Notes: generated by a model from the letters alone, not told the origin. 58,092 nt of DNA, filler included, from Sphacelaria rigidula (GCA_964200075.2; 6 parts of 6 records of this genome joined end to end with filler, not necessarily neighbours in it); one strand, 5' to 3'; shown: positions 36,154-49,408, numbered from the whole stretch's first letter. A program made the numbers and translations.

Positions 36154-36706
36154 TGTCGTGAGTCGAAGGGCTGCCATCGGTCATCTAGGTGGGCTATCAG
36201 ATGGCCTCAGAGGCAACAGATCACGCCCGATAGCATCTGCTTTTCTCAAGTCGATACGAATGTTCATGTTGAACCTGAAATCGTGGATGAAACAAGTGCT
36301 CTCCAACCTCTGCACACACGCCGTACAAAGTAGCAGTCGACCGAAAAACATTTCACCTTCGTAAACAACGGGGAGACACAAGGCCTGGTTTGTAAGGACT
36401 ACTTCACATGGCAGATGGAGACAAACGTGAATTTGGTCTTTCCACTTGCAGTTTGAACTAGACCAGAGTAGCAAAAGGTTTGTGAGATTTGATGATGTGA
36501 CAGATGGAATGGCTCTCCCAGTATTGTCGTTGCAGATGTCACTGTTCATCTGGACGCCGTCTGCAGAGCGTGCTGTGTGCTCGCCTTACTCACACAAATA
36601 TATCGCATCGTTTCACCGTCGCCTCCCGATGCTGGAATGATTCATATCTGGCTGGCGCGCATGCCGTGCGGTGGACAGAGCTTGCGTCTCTGAGGTCGCT
36701 GGCGAC
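36154..36706 (-). pseudogene. Candidate upstream exons of the NB-ARC-TPR gene (36594-36706, 36154-36274); the second has an in-frame TGA
   Basis: Both have cag| acceptors and |gtgagt donors, with phases 0-2 and 2-0 that splice in frame to 36057. TGA at 36183-36181 is followed by ATG at 36177. Confidence 0.45.
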
Positions 36707-37299
36707 CTGTGAATTAATCATTTGAAAAAATGTTTGCTAGTAGAGCTATGATGTCCCTTACGTCACGCACGTGGTCAAGTGGTGGGTCGAGATGCTTTTG
36801 CCCGATTTCCGCTGCTGGCGTCGTGCCGTATTCGTGTTCCCGTGCCGCAAAAACTCAAGTTCGCCTACCTCTCGCGCAAGGTAGACAGAGCTTGCTCCCT
36901 GCACAAAATGGCTGGTTTCCTTTGTAAGCTCGATCTGCTCGCATTTACCAAGTAGTACCTTCATTGTTTCTGAAGGGCAAAGCGCGACCTTCACAGCCGA
37001 GTGATTCCTTGTCACGGGATCGTCGGTGCTACAAACTTGATCGCTGTTTTTTTGGTTTATAATAATCAACGTCCGTAATGTGTAGATGTCTGGTAAAACA
37101 CTGGACACTATGGCGATGAGTGTTGAGCAACTATTTTCATAGCCCATTGTACTTGTGAGAAAGAGCATGCTCAACAGATGAAAGTATATTCACATAAAAA
37201 ACCCGCAGATGAATCGTAGTGCCCCCCAGACTTGTCGACATGCTCACAATCGGGCCGTGTGAAGACACGTCTTGAGCTACCGCGCTTTTAATCATGGCA

Positions 37300-37550
37300 C
37301 AGTGCCCCACCCCGGTGGTCTGACTGGTACATTTTACTATCGAGAACGGCAAACATGGGGATTCGAATCCCAGCAGATACTGTTCTCCACGAGGATCATG
37401 TTATCATCCTCGTTAAAAGCGAGACGGCGTGAGCCGACGCAGTGCGGGAATGCCGATCTAAATCACGATACCAAGACGCGGGGTATATAACAAACATGGG
37501 TTGGTCCGTTGAGATCTCGGGCTCGTCGCGAGGAAGGGGAGGGGTGGGAA
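37300..37550 (+). mobile_element. Diverged SINE family B-related copy
   Basis: ccccggtggtctgactgg A-box, ggattcgaatccc B-box, gacgcagtgcgggaatgccgat core, gggctcgtcgcgaggaaggggagggg 3' end. Confidence 0.65.
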
Positions 37551-37873
37551 GTAGAGTAGGTAGACGCATATCAAGTATCCCCGACTGACGCATTCGACCT
37601 GCATCAAGAATGATTCCTGTCAGTGCCCCTTTTTTTATGGTGCTTCAGTACATGGAAGGCACCTGTATTGTTGGTACCTTAATATAAACCAAGTTACACC
37701 AGGGCACAACCACACTACTGACGTCACCGTGCTTCCCCTCTCTCCACGGTGGCTAGAGATATGTGCTCGGCGCGCATGTATAATGAGAAAAGCCTATTTG
37801 CTTGATGAGAAGAACCACTTGGTATGGCGTGACCCGTCAGGAAAAGAGCGGTGTTTCATTCCGCTTATACTAG

Positions 37874-38237
37874 CCGGTCGCCCCGGTGGCTCAGTTGGTA
37901 CCCTCGAAACCGGTTGACGGTTGGGTCGTGGGTTTGAACCTCAGAACGACCTGGAATTTTCTTCTCACACACTGCCCAACAGTGGAGAGCGACGATGTCG
38001 TACGTAGACAAAGTTCGACTTAATGGCCGACGAGGGAAAGGGACTGCTGAACCCCCGTCACCATTAAATAGAGGCAAGCACCGCAGAAGGAAGGTGGGAA
38101 ACTGAAACAAACAAAGACGAAAAACCTCCTGTGTTGGCCCTTCTCCTGTGTGACCCCGGCTGATCCGCCCACATATACCGAAAGGTGTAGACCGGCGTCC
38201 AGAATAGGTATGACGACAACACAACAGCACACACAAC
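37874..38237 (+). mobile_element. Full-length tRNA-derived SINE family A
   Basis: ccggtcgccccggtggctcagttggta (A-box), gggtttgaacc (B-box), body shared with the 19630 copy, (CAA/CA)-rich tail. Confidence 0.85.
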
Positions 38238-38697
38238 GGACGAGACGCGCGCGAGACAACCAACGTCGCCAATCATTCCGGTGAACTCTGACAATACAAG
38301 TTGAGGAATTCGTGTTCTCAAGTTTATGGGGCAGGTCATTGACGGTTGTCTGGCGGTTGGGTCGGGTGTGGGTAGATTCTGACTATTCCCAGAAATGAGA
38401 CGGGTACGGTTGGTCATTGTTCTGCTCAACCGTTTGACCGCGAGGGTAGGTCATCCTGTCACGCCATCATTTTTCATGTGAAATTGATGCTGCTTCGACA
38501 GATGAACTATGCTCGCGGTCAAAGGCTCAAAGATGAACAGGGAAGTAAACTATTGATTTCGGGTGTGCGTGAATGTGGTGTATGCTGTCAACTGACCATA
38601 CTCTCGGAAATGAAACGGAACAGGTGTATTCATGATCATGCACGCCATAGTCATCAGACCATAGACCTCGCATCCCTACAAAGCCGGGACGGAGCAC

Positions 38698-38797
38698 NNN
38701 NNNNNNNNNNNNNNNNNNNNNNNNNNNNNNNNNNNNNNNNNTTAATTAATTAANNNNNNNNNNNNNNNNNNNNNNNNNNNNNNNNNNNNNNNNNNNN
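38698..38797. other. Artificial contig linker
   Basis: Same spacer. Confidence 0.97.
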
Positions 38798-38843
38798 GCA
38801 TGAGATAAAGGGCTCCTAACAATTCTAACCTCAGAAAATATTT

Positions 38844-38868
38844 GTGCACCCCTACCGTAGCATCACTC
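38844..38868. mobile_element. 25-bp terminus of a DNA transposon (GAG-terminal) truncating the gypsy pol
   Basis: gtgcacccctaccgtagcatcactc, 23/25 identical to 48347-48371; pol homology (PISSRPYRT) stops exactly here. Confidence 0.6.
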
Positions 38869-41800
38869 TTGTCCGGTATGGCCGAGAAGAGATCGGCGAG
38901 ACGGCGGGTTGGAGGGTAACCTCAAAGGGCAGCGTTTTGCAATGCTCAAGATTCGTCTTGGGTCGGAAAAATCGGTTTTGGTACTGTAACAGGATATCAC
39001 TGAGTTCTCGGATGACTGCCGGTTCCCAGCCGGGCCCATGAAGGTCAAAATTGATGTCGTGCATGTGTGGCGGTAGTTGGTGACAGATTTGCTAGAAACT
39101 ATTCCGAGAATCTGGTGATGAGCGCTGGGGTACTTTAGCAGGAGGGTCGGAATTTGACTGGGCAGGATCCACGATGTGGACCTGGGGTGGAGTCGCAGAG
39201 GCGAGGTCGAAATAAGGTTCATCGATACCATGGACTGACTCCGCCGGAGATGTGGGGTTGGCGCAGCAGGCTCTGTTACGCACGTCTCGAGTGGGATGTG
39301 CATCAGGGGAGCAGCGACGATTCCTAAAATATCGCCGGGTTCCAAATTAGCATGACCCGTAAGAGGGAGGAGTTGTTGTCCCGCCGAGACAAATTATTCT
39401 GCGTCGGCTGGTGCGCCAATACGGGATGCCATTTCGGCGAGATAATGACCCGTAAGTGCTGGCATGCCATTTCGGCGAACTAGTGCTACGTCTAAAAGTT
39501 GAGGATCGCCGGAGAGTGTAATACCAACGCTACCGTTGTATCGTAGGTGGTAAGCAGCTCTGGTTGCTTGAGTATTCTTCTGGTAGGCCAGGGCGCCGTG
39601 GGGAGTACCAAAGTGCTCAAGGTTGAAGTCTCCAAGAGGCGTGAAATGTGGCAATAGTGGTGGAAGCGTGCGGTAGGTTCGTTTATTAAATCGCATATAA
39701 CTATCTCTGCCCAATAATATGGCATGGTGCATTGTGCTGTCGAGGACAATGTATGCCCAGACTGCCAGGCTGGCAGAACGAGTGGTGTCGTCAGGGGTGC
39801 GGCAGAATCACCGAAACCGCCGCATCGAGGTTGGGTGGTGATTTCGCAAGCTACAGTAGCAGCACCAGTCTGTTTCATGTGTTTCCATGTTTATTCTCGA
39901 ATAAATGTTTGCGGGCTGCCGCTGTCAAACAAGGATACGCATTCCGTATGCGTGGTAGCGTTTGAACGAGAGTGGATCGCAACGCGTGTAGCCAAAGTGG
40001 CCGGATCCACAGACGCTTTACCGCCGACAAGATCCAGACCGTGTTCCGGCAAGGTATATTGATCAGGATCAGCGGGGCTGACAGCAAAAACGCATCGCGG
40101 GTGACCCGCCGGTGGGTCAGATTTCTCAACAGAGAAGAGTGTGGACGGTATATTATTTCCAGGTGTGGCACTGTCGGAGTGACCATTAGCGATTTCTTAA
40201 ATGATCTTTTAGGGTTGACAGGGATCGCCGTCCGAGGGGGATCCAGATGGTGCGGGGCTGGAGTCTTCAATTGAAGAAGTAGTGACGTCAGGAATATTTG
40301 ATTTTCTTTCTTCAAAGTCGTCGCATTTTAAAGAGATTGGGGTCGAGGATTTCCGCTCGAAAGAGGTGTACGTGCTGATGCGCGCGCGTCCTTGGGGGCA
40401 TGCTTACGGGACTTTCTCTTTCGCCGTGACAAAGGTCGTGGAACTTCCAAAACATTTTGGGATGGAACCACAACTGCGGCCAGTCGGGTGGACTGGGTCA
40501 GCATCGGGGCATGATGGAGCGAAACTTGTGGGTTGCTTCCCGCAGGCAAGCTTGGCTGGTGGGTCATAGCCGAAGGTATGTTGGGGCGGTTGTTGTTAGA
40601 ACCGGCCGGAGGTAGGTCCGCGCGTGTCGAAAATTGAGGGGAAGGAGCTCGATCCAACTGATTGGGAATTACATGATCCGATGTGGTCAAGTTCAAGTCA
40701 GCAACACTTGGGTCAGCTGAAAAAGGCTTGCTACTACCTGTGCGTGCGGTCGCTGAGGGAAGCCTTTGCCTCAGGGACTGGCGGTTGGTCCTCCCACACC
40801 TCAGACTTATACTCGACTGAAGGACCAAGTTCAGGGCCGGGTGTAGGTCTGAGTCGCGGGGTGACACAACTCTTACGCGGTGTGTGGAGGGGTGAAGACG
40901 GGGGGTCGATATGAACGGCCATCAGTTGCGCTCCGACATAGTGCCGGGGGAGCCGGGCGTACAATCCTAGTCGCGGGCTCTGCGGGCTGTGTTGGAAAGT
41001 GTGTGGGGGTTGGGGACGGGGATCGATTTAAACGGCCGTCTGTAACGCTCCTGCATGGTGCCGGGGGAGCCGGGTGAACAATCTCAGTCACGGACTCCGC
41101 GGGCTGTGTTGAAAAAATCTTCGCGACTGCTGTCGGCGGCGCGGGAGACCGTATAACGCCGGCGTCGGGATGTCATGGGTCTACGCGATCTGTAGCGAAG
41201 GTATCAGGGTTTCTGGTGTTGGGGTTCGAGTTGCGTGTCGGCCCCATCCGCTGATGTCGATCAGGGGATCGTTTGTTGTCGCGAGAATCATTATCGTTCT
41301 GGCGAGGGCTTGCATTCTTGTTGTTCTGTCAGCGACCGCGATGAGAGCTCTTGTGGCCATGTGGATTCGAATTATTACGATAATTCCGATTTGGTGGGCG
41401 ATAGTCGCGCATGAATTTTTCTATCGGCGCCACGCGGGTTCATTGTCCTTCAATTCAGGGTTCATAAGATCAAAGGCATTGATGCATGGACTGTCGCAGT
41501 CACGCATACTGTGGCATTGAACACTACAGTTGATGCAACTGTTGGCATGACTGCTGAAGGCATTGCGTCTACAATAGCAGGAGGCGAAATAAGTGGATTC
41601 CACAAATGGGGATAATCTGTAATGAATGACATTGTTGGAGTCAAATAAAGATCATCACAAGTTTCCTCGGAAAACGACCAACTATCAAAACTCGCACTGA
41701 ATGCATCTCTGTTACTTTGAACATGCATAACTGAACCGGCGACCGAGTCGGGGGTCCATGAAGCGCGAGATGAACTCGACTTCCTGCCGCGAGACCCTTG

Positions 41801-44800
41801 AGCATGAGCGGAGGACACAACCGTAGGTTGTGAACGCAGAGGCGTAAAAGATTTGCCACGCATGGCGGGCGTTAGATTACCCTCTTGGTGTACAAAAGCA
41901 GACCACATAGCATCGACAAAGGCGTAAGGCACCTCGCGATGCGCCAAGACACCCGGAAACAACCACGGCATCAGAGCCGGGTGCTGTTGGGCAACGCTAT
42001 TGCGAACGTAAGTCTGACACATTGCATCGCTCGGTCCGTTTTGGCGTCCGACACCCGTAGTACCAGAGACCAAAAGCTTATATTCGCAATGATAATCCGC
42101 AAAGGGCACATCCGATGCGACAGCAAAAAAACTCAGCCTCTGGATGGCGCTTGCTTGGTCACTTTTGTCAAAATAACCTATCAGACGCCTTTTCAGATCA
42201 GAGAGCAATACCGGGCCTGTCTTCCCCTTGGCACGATCCGGATCCATTTCGGCGAGGAAGCCGTCGAGGTCTGTGTTAAAGAAGCAGCGATGTCAGGAGA
42301 GCGGCGGCTGATGGATCGATGCAATGCTTTATGCAAGGGGGTCTGCCAGCCGTCTACCCAATTGGGATCTTCAAAACGTTGGACGCCAGTTGCATCCGCC
42401 AAGTGAAGGATATTGCAAACTGTACGGCGAATAGATGTGATGAGGGCAGAAGTGAACTGTCCCGGATCTTCGTTATCCGCAGCAGGCATGTTTTTGATAT
42501 AGCCAAATGTGGGGATCGCCATTTGGGCATGTGCGGAGAGATTTTATTTTATGACGTGTAACCTAGTGAACGGCTGTTACAGGGGTAAGTTCGCAGGAGC
42601 CCCGAAACTTCCATATCTGTACAGCCGAATCTGGGACCCCAAGGTAACAGGGATCTTCCCAGCGAACTGCTGGCTATCCCTGGGGATCACTCTTGACCAA
42701 GACTCTCAGACTTCGTCATCGGGCTAACTCGCTCGCACTCGTCGAGCTTTCCCGAGTGATTCACTTTGCCTCAACCCCACGACTTACGGTCAATCCTTGA
42801 CTACATAACCCGAGGGAAATCATCGGCCACCTTCGACGGTTTCTACCGTCACCGGGAGTCTCACGACTTCCACACAAAGCTTTTTCACGCCCATCTGGAT
42901 ATACTGTGTCTGTATTGCAGCTACTCGGGCAGACTCGACCCTATCGGAAGCTGTTTTTTCAATAGCTTCGGAACGTTCTTTGTCGGCCACAGCGGTTGTT
43001 AAAGGGCGGGCTGCAGTAGAAGACAATGGACGGTCTGGTGTGTCCGAATCAGATAAACCCAAAATGCGACCCGAAATATCAGCCAACTTAGGTATCACTT
43101 GCCTGGGTGTCGCCGAACCCGACGGGGGCAGGTCTGTGCTAGACCGATTCCAACTTGGCGCGGAAGATCCGGAAGAATTGCCTCCTGTTTTCTTCCCGGC
43201 CGGGCCGCGGTTATTATGGACCGGGCGGTTCGGTCCGGAACCGCCCGAGGAGGATCCTCCGCCACCATGACGGCGGCGTGGGCCTCCTCCACCGTTGTCA
43301 TCGTCATCCCGCCGGTGATTCTTCTTCTTGCCTCTGCAGTTGGCACTCGTGGGAGTTCAACCATATTCATCCTGGTCATCGTCGGCGATGGCGGCGCCGG
43401 GATCAGAGGGGTAAGCGGCACGTCGTGCCGCAAAAAGATCGGTGACAGTTTCGACGTAATGCTGGTGATCAGGGCTGTCGCCGATGGTCATGTGCAGAAC
43501 AAGTTGGCCCAGGGTGAGGGACGGTACGCCGTCGTCGGGGGAGAATCCCCCCCGGTCCACGTAAAGACCAATAACGTGATGAAGGCGTTGCGACACCAAG
43601 TTCCAAGATTGGTGGGAGCAGTGTAAGTGACTGTTCCGGCGGAACGGGCCGGTATAATCGGCCGCGGAACGAGAAAGCCACGTTCGTTCGTGGGGCGTGA
43701 GTTGCAGGCCTGGTGTCGGGCCGGCATTGGCCGCCGAGCTAGCTGCTCGAAGCGGGGGTGTTGGGGCCGTCTTGGGGACGGCAGCGGCTGCAGCATGCGA
43801 CGGTTGGTCGGACTTATGTGGAATAGTGTAAGTCGACGTACCGGTCTTGGGCTGGGCCTTGTGAGCCGAACGCTGGTGAGAAGGGCAACCACTGAGCGGG
43901 TTGCCGACGGACGGCGGAGAGGCCTGATGGTTGGTCAGGCGGGCCACCGACGTGGCCACTTCGTGAGCGGTCCGTCGGACATGGTCCTCGAGGTCCCGCA
44001 CTCGTCTCTGGGCCGCCATGGTAGCAGTGTGACCTTCCTGCAGGGCGCGTTGAGCAGCGGCATTCGTAGTTTGTGCGTGTGAAGCCTGTCGCTGAAGATC
44101 TCTTTGCATATCAGCATGATCCTCCGCTAGGAGGCGTGCAGCAGCGGCGTCAGCCTCACGTTGTTGCTCTAGGGTGCCATTGGCAAGCGCTGGCGCTTGT
44201 GAGGCGTCATCCTCGATGAGCATTAACTGTTCCGCGCGGGGGCGGTTCCTGAATAGCCTCAAAAGGAGATCGTCCACAGACGGGGGCGGGGGCACACGGG
44301 GGCATCCGTGACAGGACCAGTGGGCCATATCAGCGTCGGTATCGACGGCAGAGGGGGCGGCAACGGTTGTGGGAGCCGTGACTGTAGTCCTCGTGGCGGG
44401 AGGCGCAGCGGTCATGGCAGCAGCGGCGGCAGCGGCAGTGGTGGCGGCAGCAGCAGTGGCGGTAACTCCTTTGTTTTCCAGAGTGGTCTTGGCGGCAGCG
44501 GCGGTGGTTACTCCCTTGTTTTCCATTCTTGACTTGGTCAGTTCTCGCTCGAGATCTGTCAGTCGTTGTTGGAGGGAGCGGATAATCGCAGCATCAGAGC
44601 GGGACAGGGGTCGCGGTCATTGCGGGGTCGTCGGTTGTGCGATGAATTACGGCTGGATCCAGATCCCTCAATTGAGGACTCGAGAGCCGGTGACATGTCC
44701 GAAGATACATTCTGGATGTCGTCGGCGTGTACAGTATTACCATTGCGTAAATGACGGCGGCGTGACTGAGGCGGAGCAGGAGGGGTGCGCGCGGTTGCAT

Positions 44801-45800
44801 GATCGGTGTTCTTCGAGCGCGAGTGAACGCGCGATGAACTTGATCTATGCGGCGAGTTATCCTCGTGAGTATGGTCACGGTCGGCATTCATCGGGCGCTT
44901 CGGAGCGCGATGAATTGGAACTGTTGCGTGAACTACCTTCATATGTGCAGCCATGAGCGACATTCTTCGGGCGTGTGAAAACGCGCGATGAATTCAAGCT
45001 GTGCTGGGAGTTGTCCTTGGAACTGCCAGCGCAGGTGACGTGGTCGTGACCAACTGTCGGTGTGCGGCGCCGTTCAGGAGCGCGAGCAACACTTTGGTTT
45101 GAAGTGGAGGGGCTGGACTCGTGCTTGTTAAATTTCTTTTGAGAGACGAACGGAGAACGCGGTGTCGCTGATCGGGGCGCCAAACGTACGGGTATGGGCG
45201 CGGCAGGTGCAGAGTCATCGTTGAATTGCACGTGAGCAGAAGCCGATTTGTCTTGGAGCGTGGCCTGGCAAAAAGCCGTAAATTCCTCGATTAGAGCTGA
45301 GACTGGCGTGTGCGCCGACGCCGGAGAAGGGCGATGCAAATTATGCTGGGCAGAAAGCATGGCTGCGATTGCTGGTCCGACATTGGACTGCGAAGCAGAG
45401 CGCATTGGACTGCCGAGAGTCGTGCGATTGGGGTCCGTAACGGGAGCAACCCGCGAGAACCAAATCTCTTGCTCCAGAGGCGATACGCTTCGTCGGGACT
45501 GAGTCGTCTCGAGAGTTGTCAACCGTCATTCTACGGGGTGCCACGGTTGAAGCAGCCGTTACAGGGCCATGCTGAACACGTGTGTCCAGGGGCAACGACT
45601 CAGCTGGGGGCACAACCCTGTCTTCGGATTCCACATTGGGATCCGGAAGAACAGGCCGCAGCGAGGGGGGTGCTACGGAATCCACCGTTATGGGTTCACT
45701 AACATGTCTGTCAGGAGCCAATGACTCGGCCCGTGGCACAGTCCTGTTCTCTGAGTCCGAAGCGGTACTGGAGAGAACAGGTCGCGGCGTCATAGTCTTT
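38869..45800 (-). mobile_element. Decayed Ty3/gypsy LTR retrotransposon: long low-complexity upstream ORF(s), gag with CCHC knuckle, aspartic protease, pre-RT segment; RT and integrase absent
   Basis: CINCSVQCHSMRDC (CX2CX4HX4C, about 41495-41540); protease LFDSGSPQTFI (about 39895-39935) and ILLGRD (about 39700); EHCKTLPFEVTLQPAVSPISSRPYR (typical pre-RT). Stops and frameshifts throughout; LTRs not identified. Confidence 0.85.
40895..41115. repeat. About 117-bp tandem duplication inside the gypsy gag-protease spacer
   Basis: gtgccgggggagccggg...acaatc...agtc.cgg.ctc.gcgggctgtgttg occurs twice. Confidence 0.75.
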
Positions 45801-48346
45801 TCTTCAAGCCCCGAAGAACGAGCACCGCTCGAAGGTTGTTATTCAGATCCCGAAGATCGAACAGCGCTCGCGTACGTGCGTCGAGTAGTCGAAGGTCACG
45901 CGATACTCATATCAAGAGATTTCGAACCACCAGTGATTTGGCTCCGTGTCTGGCGAAGCGTTTGGTTTCCCAATTAAGGGGAAGAGCCAGCGATATTTCT
46001 GTGCGACATGATAGTCGTACGCAACTTGTGTGCTTTGCTAAAGTGGGAGCAGTGAGTTGTCGTGGGGCTCTAATCAAAGGGCCGTGACGCCAAGAAATGC
46101 TAGGTGCAACGGCCGAGGCTTGTATCCGGAATTACGGGATAATGAAGCCGAATAGCGCCTGGAGGAACCTTCGTGGGGAACCTGATGAACTCGAGTATTG
46201 CTAGTCAAGCTAGTTACTGTACGTAATAACAATGTCGGAGGTCTCATCTAATACAACTATCCAAGTCGAGGCGGTGATAGCTAGCAACGGGAGCTCGCAA
46301 TCGCGCACAGAACAGACGCACGGCGTCGAAAAATGCACAAATCCAATTGGTTGTATCAGTGGTTGGTACTTGAATGTAGTACAACTTACACGTGCTCCGG
46401 TGGCGGCGTCAAGGGCAGACTACAACTGTATTATCTCAGCACAAGCTGAGAAACGACTGGCGGTGTTCAGAAAAAATATATATGAGCACCGAAGGGTCGT
46501 GCGGCGTAGGGCAGCACAAAAGCTTCTACAAAAGCTTGGAATGGAGACCGTAAGATCGGGCTGCGTAGCGCAGCACGAAGGCTTGTCACACAACGGAGTT
46601 GTGGCAACGTACGCATATGACACGAAGTTGAAGTAGTGCGCAGCAAGGGTAACGCTGAGGGCGTGTTCCGAAAAAAGAGGTACACAGCCAAGGGGCACTG
46701 GTTTCGAGTGCCGTGTGCTCCAAGTGAGCACGTAACGAGGGTCTAGGATGTTACAGGAAAGTATTGTCGCGAACGGAACGGTCTCGGAAAAAATAATTAT
46801 TTTTTTGGCCGAGAGGGGTTCAATGAGAAAACTTCACAGTCGGTTGGGCTGTGTATCGTTAATTACCACGGTGATGTACAGCGCCGCTCTACAGATGTGC
46901 GCAGCACACTAGAAGAGAACAACAACAACAACAAACTAGCTACGGGTGACGTACATCGCGAAGCAGCGAAAGTGCCAAAACGGGTACAAATCTCGTGTAC
47001 AGATGTCCGTGGTTGCCTGTTGGGATAGCACGGGTTGTGTTACGCAACGACCGGTGAACAAAAGATGCAACAGCCGTGTACAATCGATACTGAAATGTCA
47101 AAGCGGCAGATGGCTGGCTTGGCAGAGGCTCAAGTCAGAAACAGCAGGTGGCTGTGAGCAACGATGCACCCTGTGCAGCGTTGTTCTGTAATAAGCCTGT
47201 AGTAGAAATTTTTTCCTGTCAGAAAAGGGGGAGCAACAAGACCAAATATGCGAGCCAGTGATGGCTGGGCGTGTGACCGTGCTGTACCGAACGACCAGGT
47301 AAGGTTGCGTTGTGCAGGCAGCACGTACCACAGTGCAACGTGCAGGTGTGTATGTCACAAATTAGACAAAAACACAGCAAAGCGGGGCTGGCGTGCGATG
47401 CGCGTTGACCCAGCGCGGCACAAATTGGCGGCGGAGTCAAGCGCTGCAGCAAGCAGCAAGCAGCAAGCAGCAAGAATCGCGAGTCACGAGTACTATCACG
47501 GTGTATACACACAGGGGAAAAGTTTTTGCAGTAACTAAGAACTGACTATCAAGCTGTGTAAGCAACGAGAAAGGTTTGACTACCTGTATCAAAAACCACA
47601 AGGAGAAACTTTTGTCAACAAGAGCCACGCGCGCGCAGCTCGACAAGCAGGGATGCAAATCGGTGTCGAAAAGGGAAACGCACTTGCAAAAGAAGAGACT
47701 CCTTAGTCAAACGCCAAATGTAATGAGGTTACGGTGCTGTTGTGCCAAGCACAGGCTCACTAGACGTGGCAAGGAGGTCAGTCCTCAAGACGGAACGGCC
47801 AGGCCCATCAAGAAGGCACCGTCTCACACAGGACGTGGCCAACGAAGAGTAATATCTCACGCGCAAGTTATATCTCCTTCTTTATTGCTTGGTCTCGACT
47901 TCCAGTATCCACTCAAGCAATCTAATCTCACGCTCAGTATATCAGTCTCACTAGTGGTGGACTTCTTGCTGAGAGAGGGGCAGTAGATGGTAGTGACAGA
48001 AGGTGGTCCTCCGCGGTCCTCGCTTGCCAAAGGCACGTTCAAGCCATCATCGTCTCTGCCATATTCAGTTTCACACTCGTACCTGACCAACTCTGAACAG
48101 ACCTGAAGTCTTGGGTTTTAGAATACCCACATTGCGAATGTGAAACCGGATTCATCAACGGGTCTGAGGCGGCATGATAACAGGCTAATATGCGTCCTCA
48201 TGACAATATGAAAGTACGCCAGGATTACTATTCCAATGTGCTAGAAATATCCCGAATGGGTGTGCAAAAGGTGATGCCCTGACCCATATTCTTGTGCATC
48301 TAGAATCGTTAGGAGCCCCTGAACCAAACAAGATTCTGCGCAAAAA

Positions 48347-48371
48347 GTGCACCCCTACCGTAGCATTGCTC
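48347..48371. mobile_element. Second copy of the GAG-terminal transposon end
   Basis: gtgcacccctaccgtagcattgctc. The subterminal motif tagaatcgttaggagccc (48301-48318) is the reverse complement of gggctcctaacaattcta (38810-38827) with 1 mismatch. Confidence 0.6.
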
Positions 48372-48395
48372 GAAAGGTGAATCGGTGGTAAATGG

Positions 48396-48495
48396 NNNNN
48401 NNNNNNNNNNNNNNNNNNNNNNNNNNNNNNNNNNNNNNNTTAATTAATTAANNNNNNNNNNNNNNNNNNNNNNNNNNNNNNNNNNNNNNNNNNNN
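48396..48495. other. Artificial contig linker
   Basis: Same spacer. Confidence 0.97.
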
Positions 48496-49168
48496 AGAAA
48501 CGAGAGGTTCAAAAAAAAGAAAGAATGCGCGGCCAAAGGAACAAAAAACAAACGCCACAAAAAAAGAGTCTGCCCCCCCCCCCCCCCCCCCCACTGGTCG
48601 TTCTGATGTGGTCGATCAATTTCGCCTCGCCCTGATTGGACAGGTCGTGAACGTGGTGTTGGTGAGCTTCAGTCCCAAAATGGTTAATAACAGCCATGAC
48701 ACAGTGACTCGCCCCCGGTTAATCCACTTCGGTCCCGAAAGGAACTGATGCCAAGACGGGCCTCCAAGAGAAGTGGCGGGTTTTGAGAGGGGGAAATCGG
48801 CATGTAATATCAAAATGACAAAAGCCGAGCACACCGAGCAGCTCGGAACTCCCACGCTTGGGATGGTTGTCGCCAATGTCGCCCATATGAGGCGCTTCAT
48901 GCGATCTGAAACCAGCCAACATGCGTTATATAACTATTTTCTTGGATACAGTTTTGGGGCTGGTGTAGGGGAGGCTTTGGCGGCATCACTCGAGGATCAG
49001 AGACGGGGTGTAAGGCACGGCACTAACTACACGTAATATGCACGTGCAATGGTCGATATTAACGTCAACACAGGGACGTTACTAGGCTCGTCCTTTCAAC
49101 TGAGTACCGATACTAGCATCAGAGCGCAACAGTGTGACAGTGCTGTCAAACGGCCTGTGGGGACCTGC

Positions 49169-49408
49169 CTGATATGCCGCTGTAGCGGCGCCGAAGGTAA
49201 ATCCAGGTGGAAGCCCCGCGACGATAGCAGAAAAATCTTCCTCTTCTCCGTGATCTTCATGCTCGTGACCATGATTGTGCTTGGAAACAACGCCCGGGGC
49301 TTCAGAAGCCAAGAGCAAAAGGGTCACGACGGCATGACATGACAGCTTTCGGCAGCTGGAAGAGGAACGCGAATCTTGCCTCCTGCGTCTTTGAGCTTGG
49401 CTGTTCAT
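49169..49408 (-). CDS. Exon 1 of a glycoside hydrolase family 1 (beta-glucosidase-like) gene; later exons not found in this contig
   Basis: Ends in LPPGFTFGAATAAYQ, the GH1 N-terminal signature F.FG.ATAAYQ(IEG). Preceded by a hydrophobic stretch (AVVTLLLLAS) and a His/acidic patch; apparent GC donor CAG|gcaggt. Confidence 0.85.

Noticed and set aside
45900-46800. 5' LTR and PBS of the gypsy element
   Set aside because: No second LTR copy in the contig, and no TG...CA boundary adjacent to the candidate PBS could be established.
10899-49408. Functional cluster of NLR, secreted cationic protein and glycosidase
   Set aside because: The genes are on different, artificially joined contigs.
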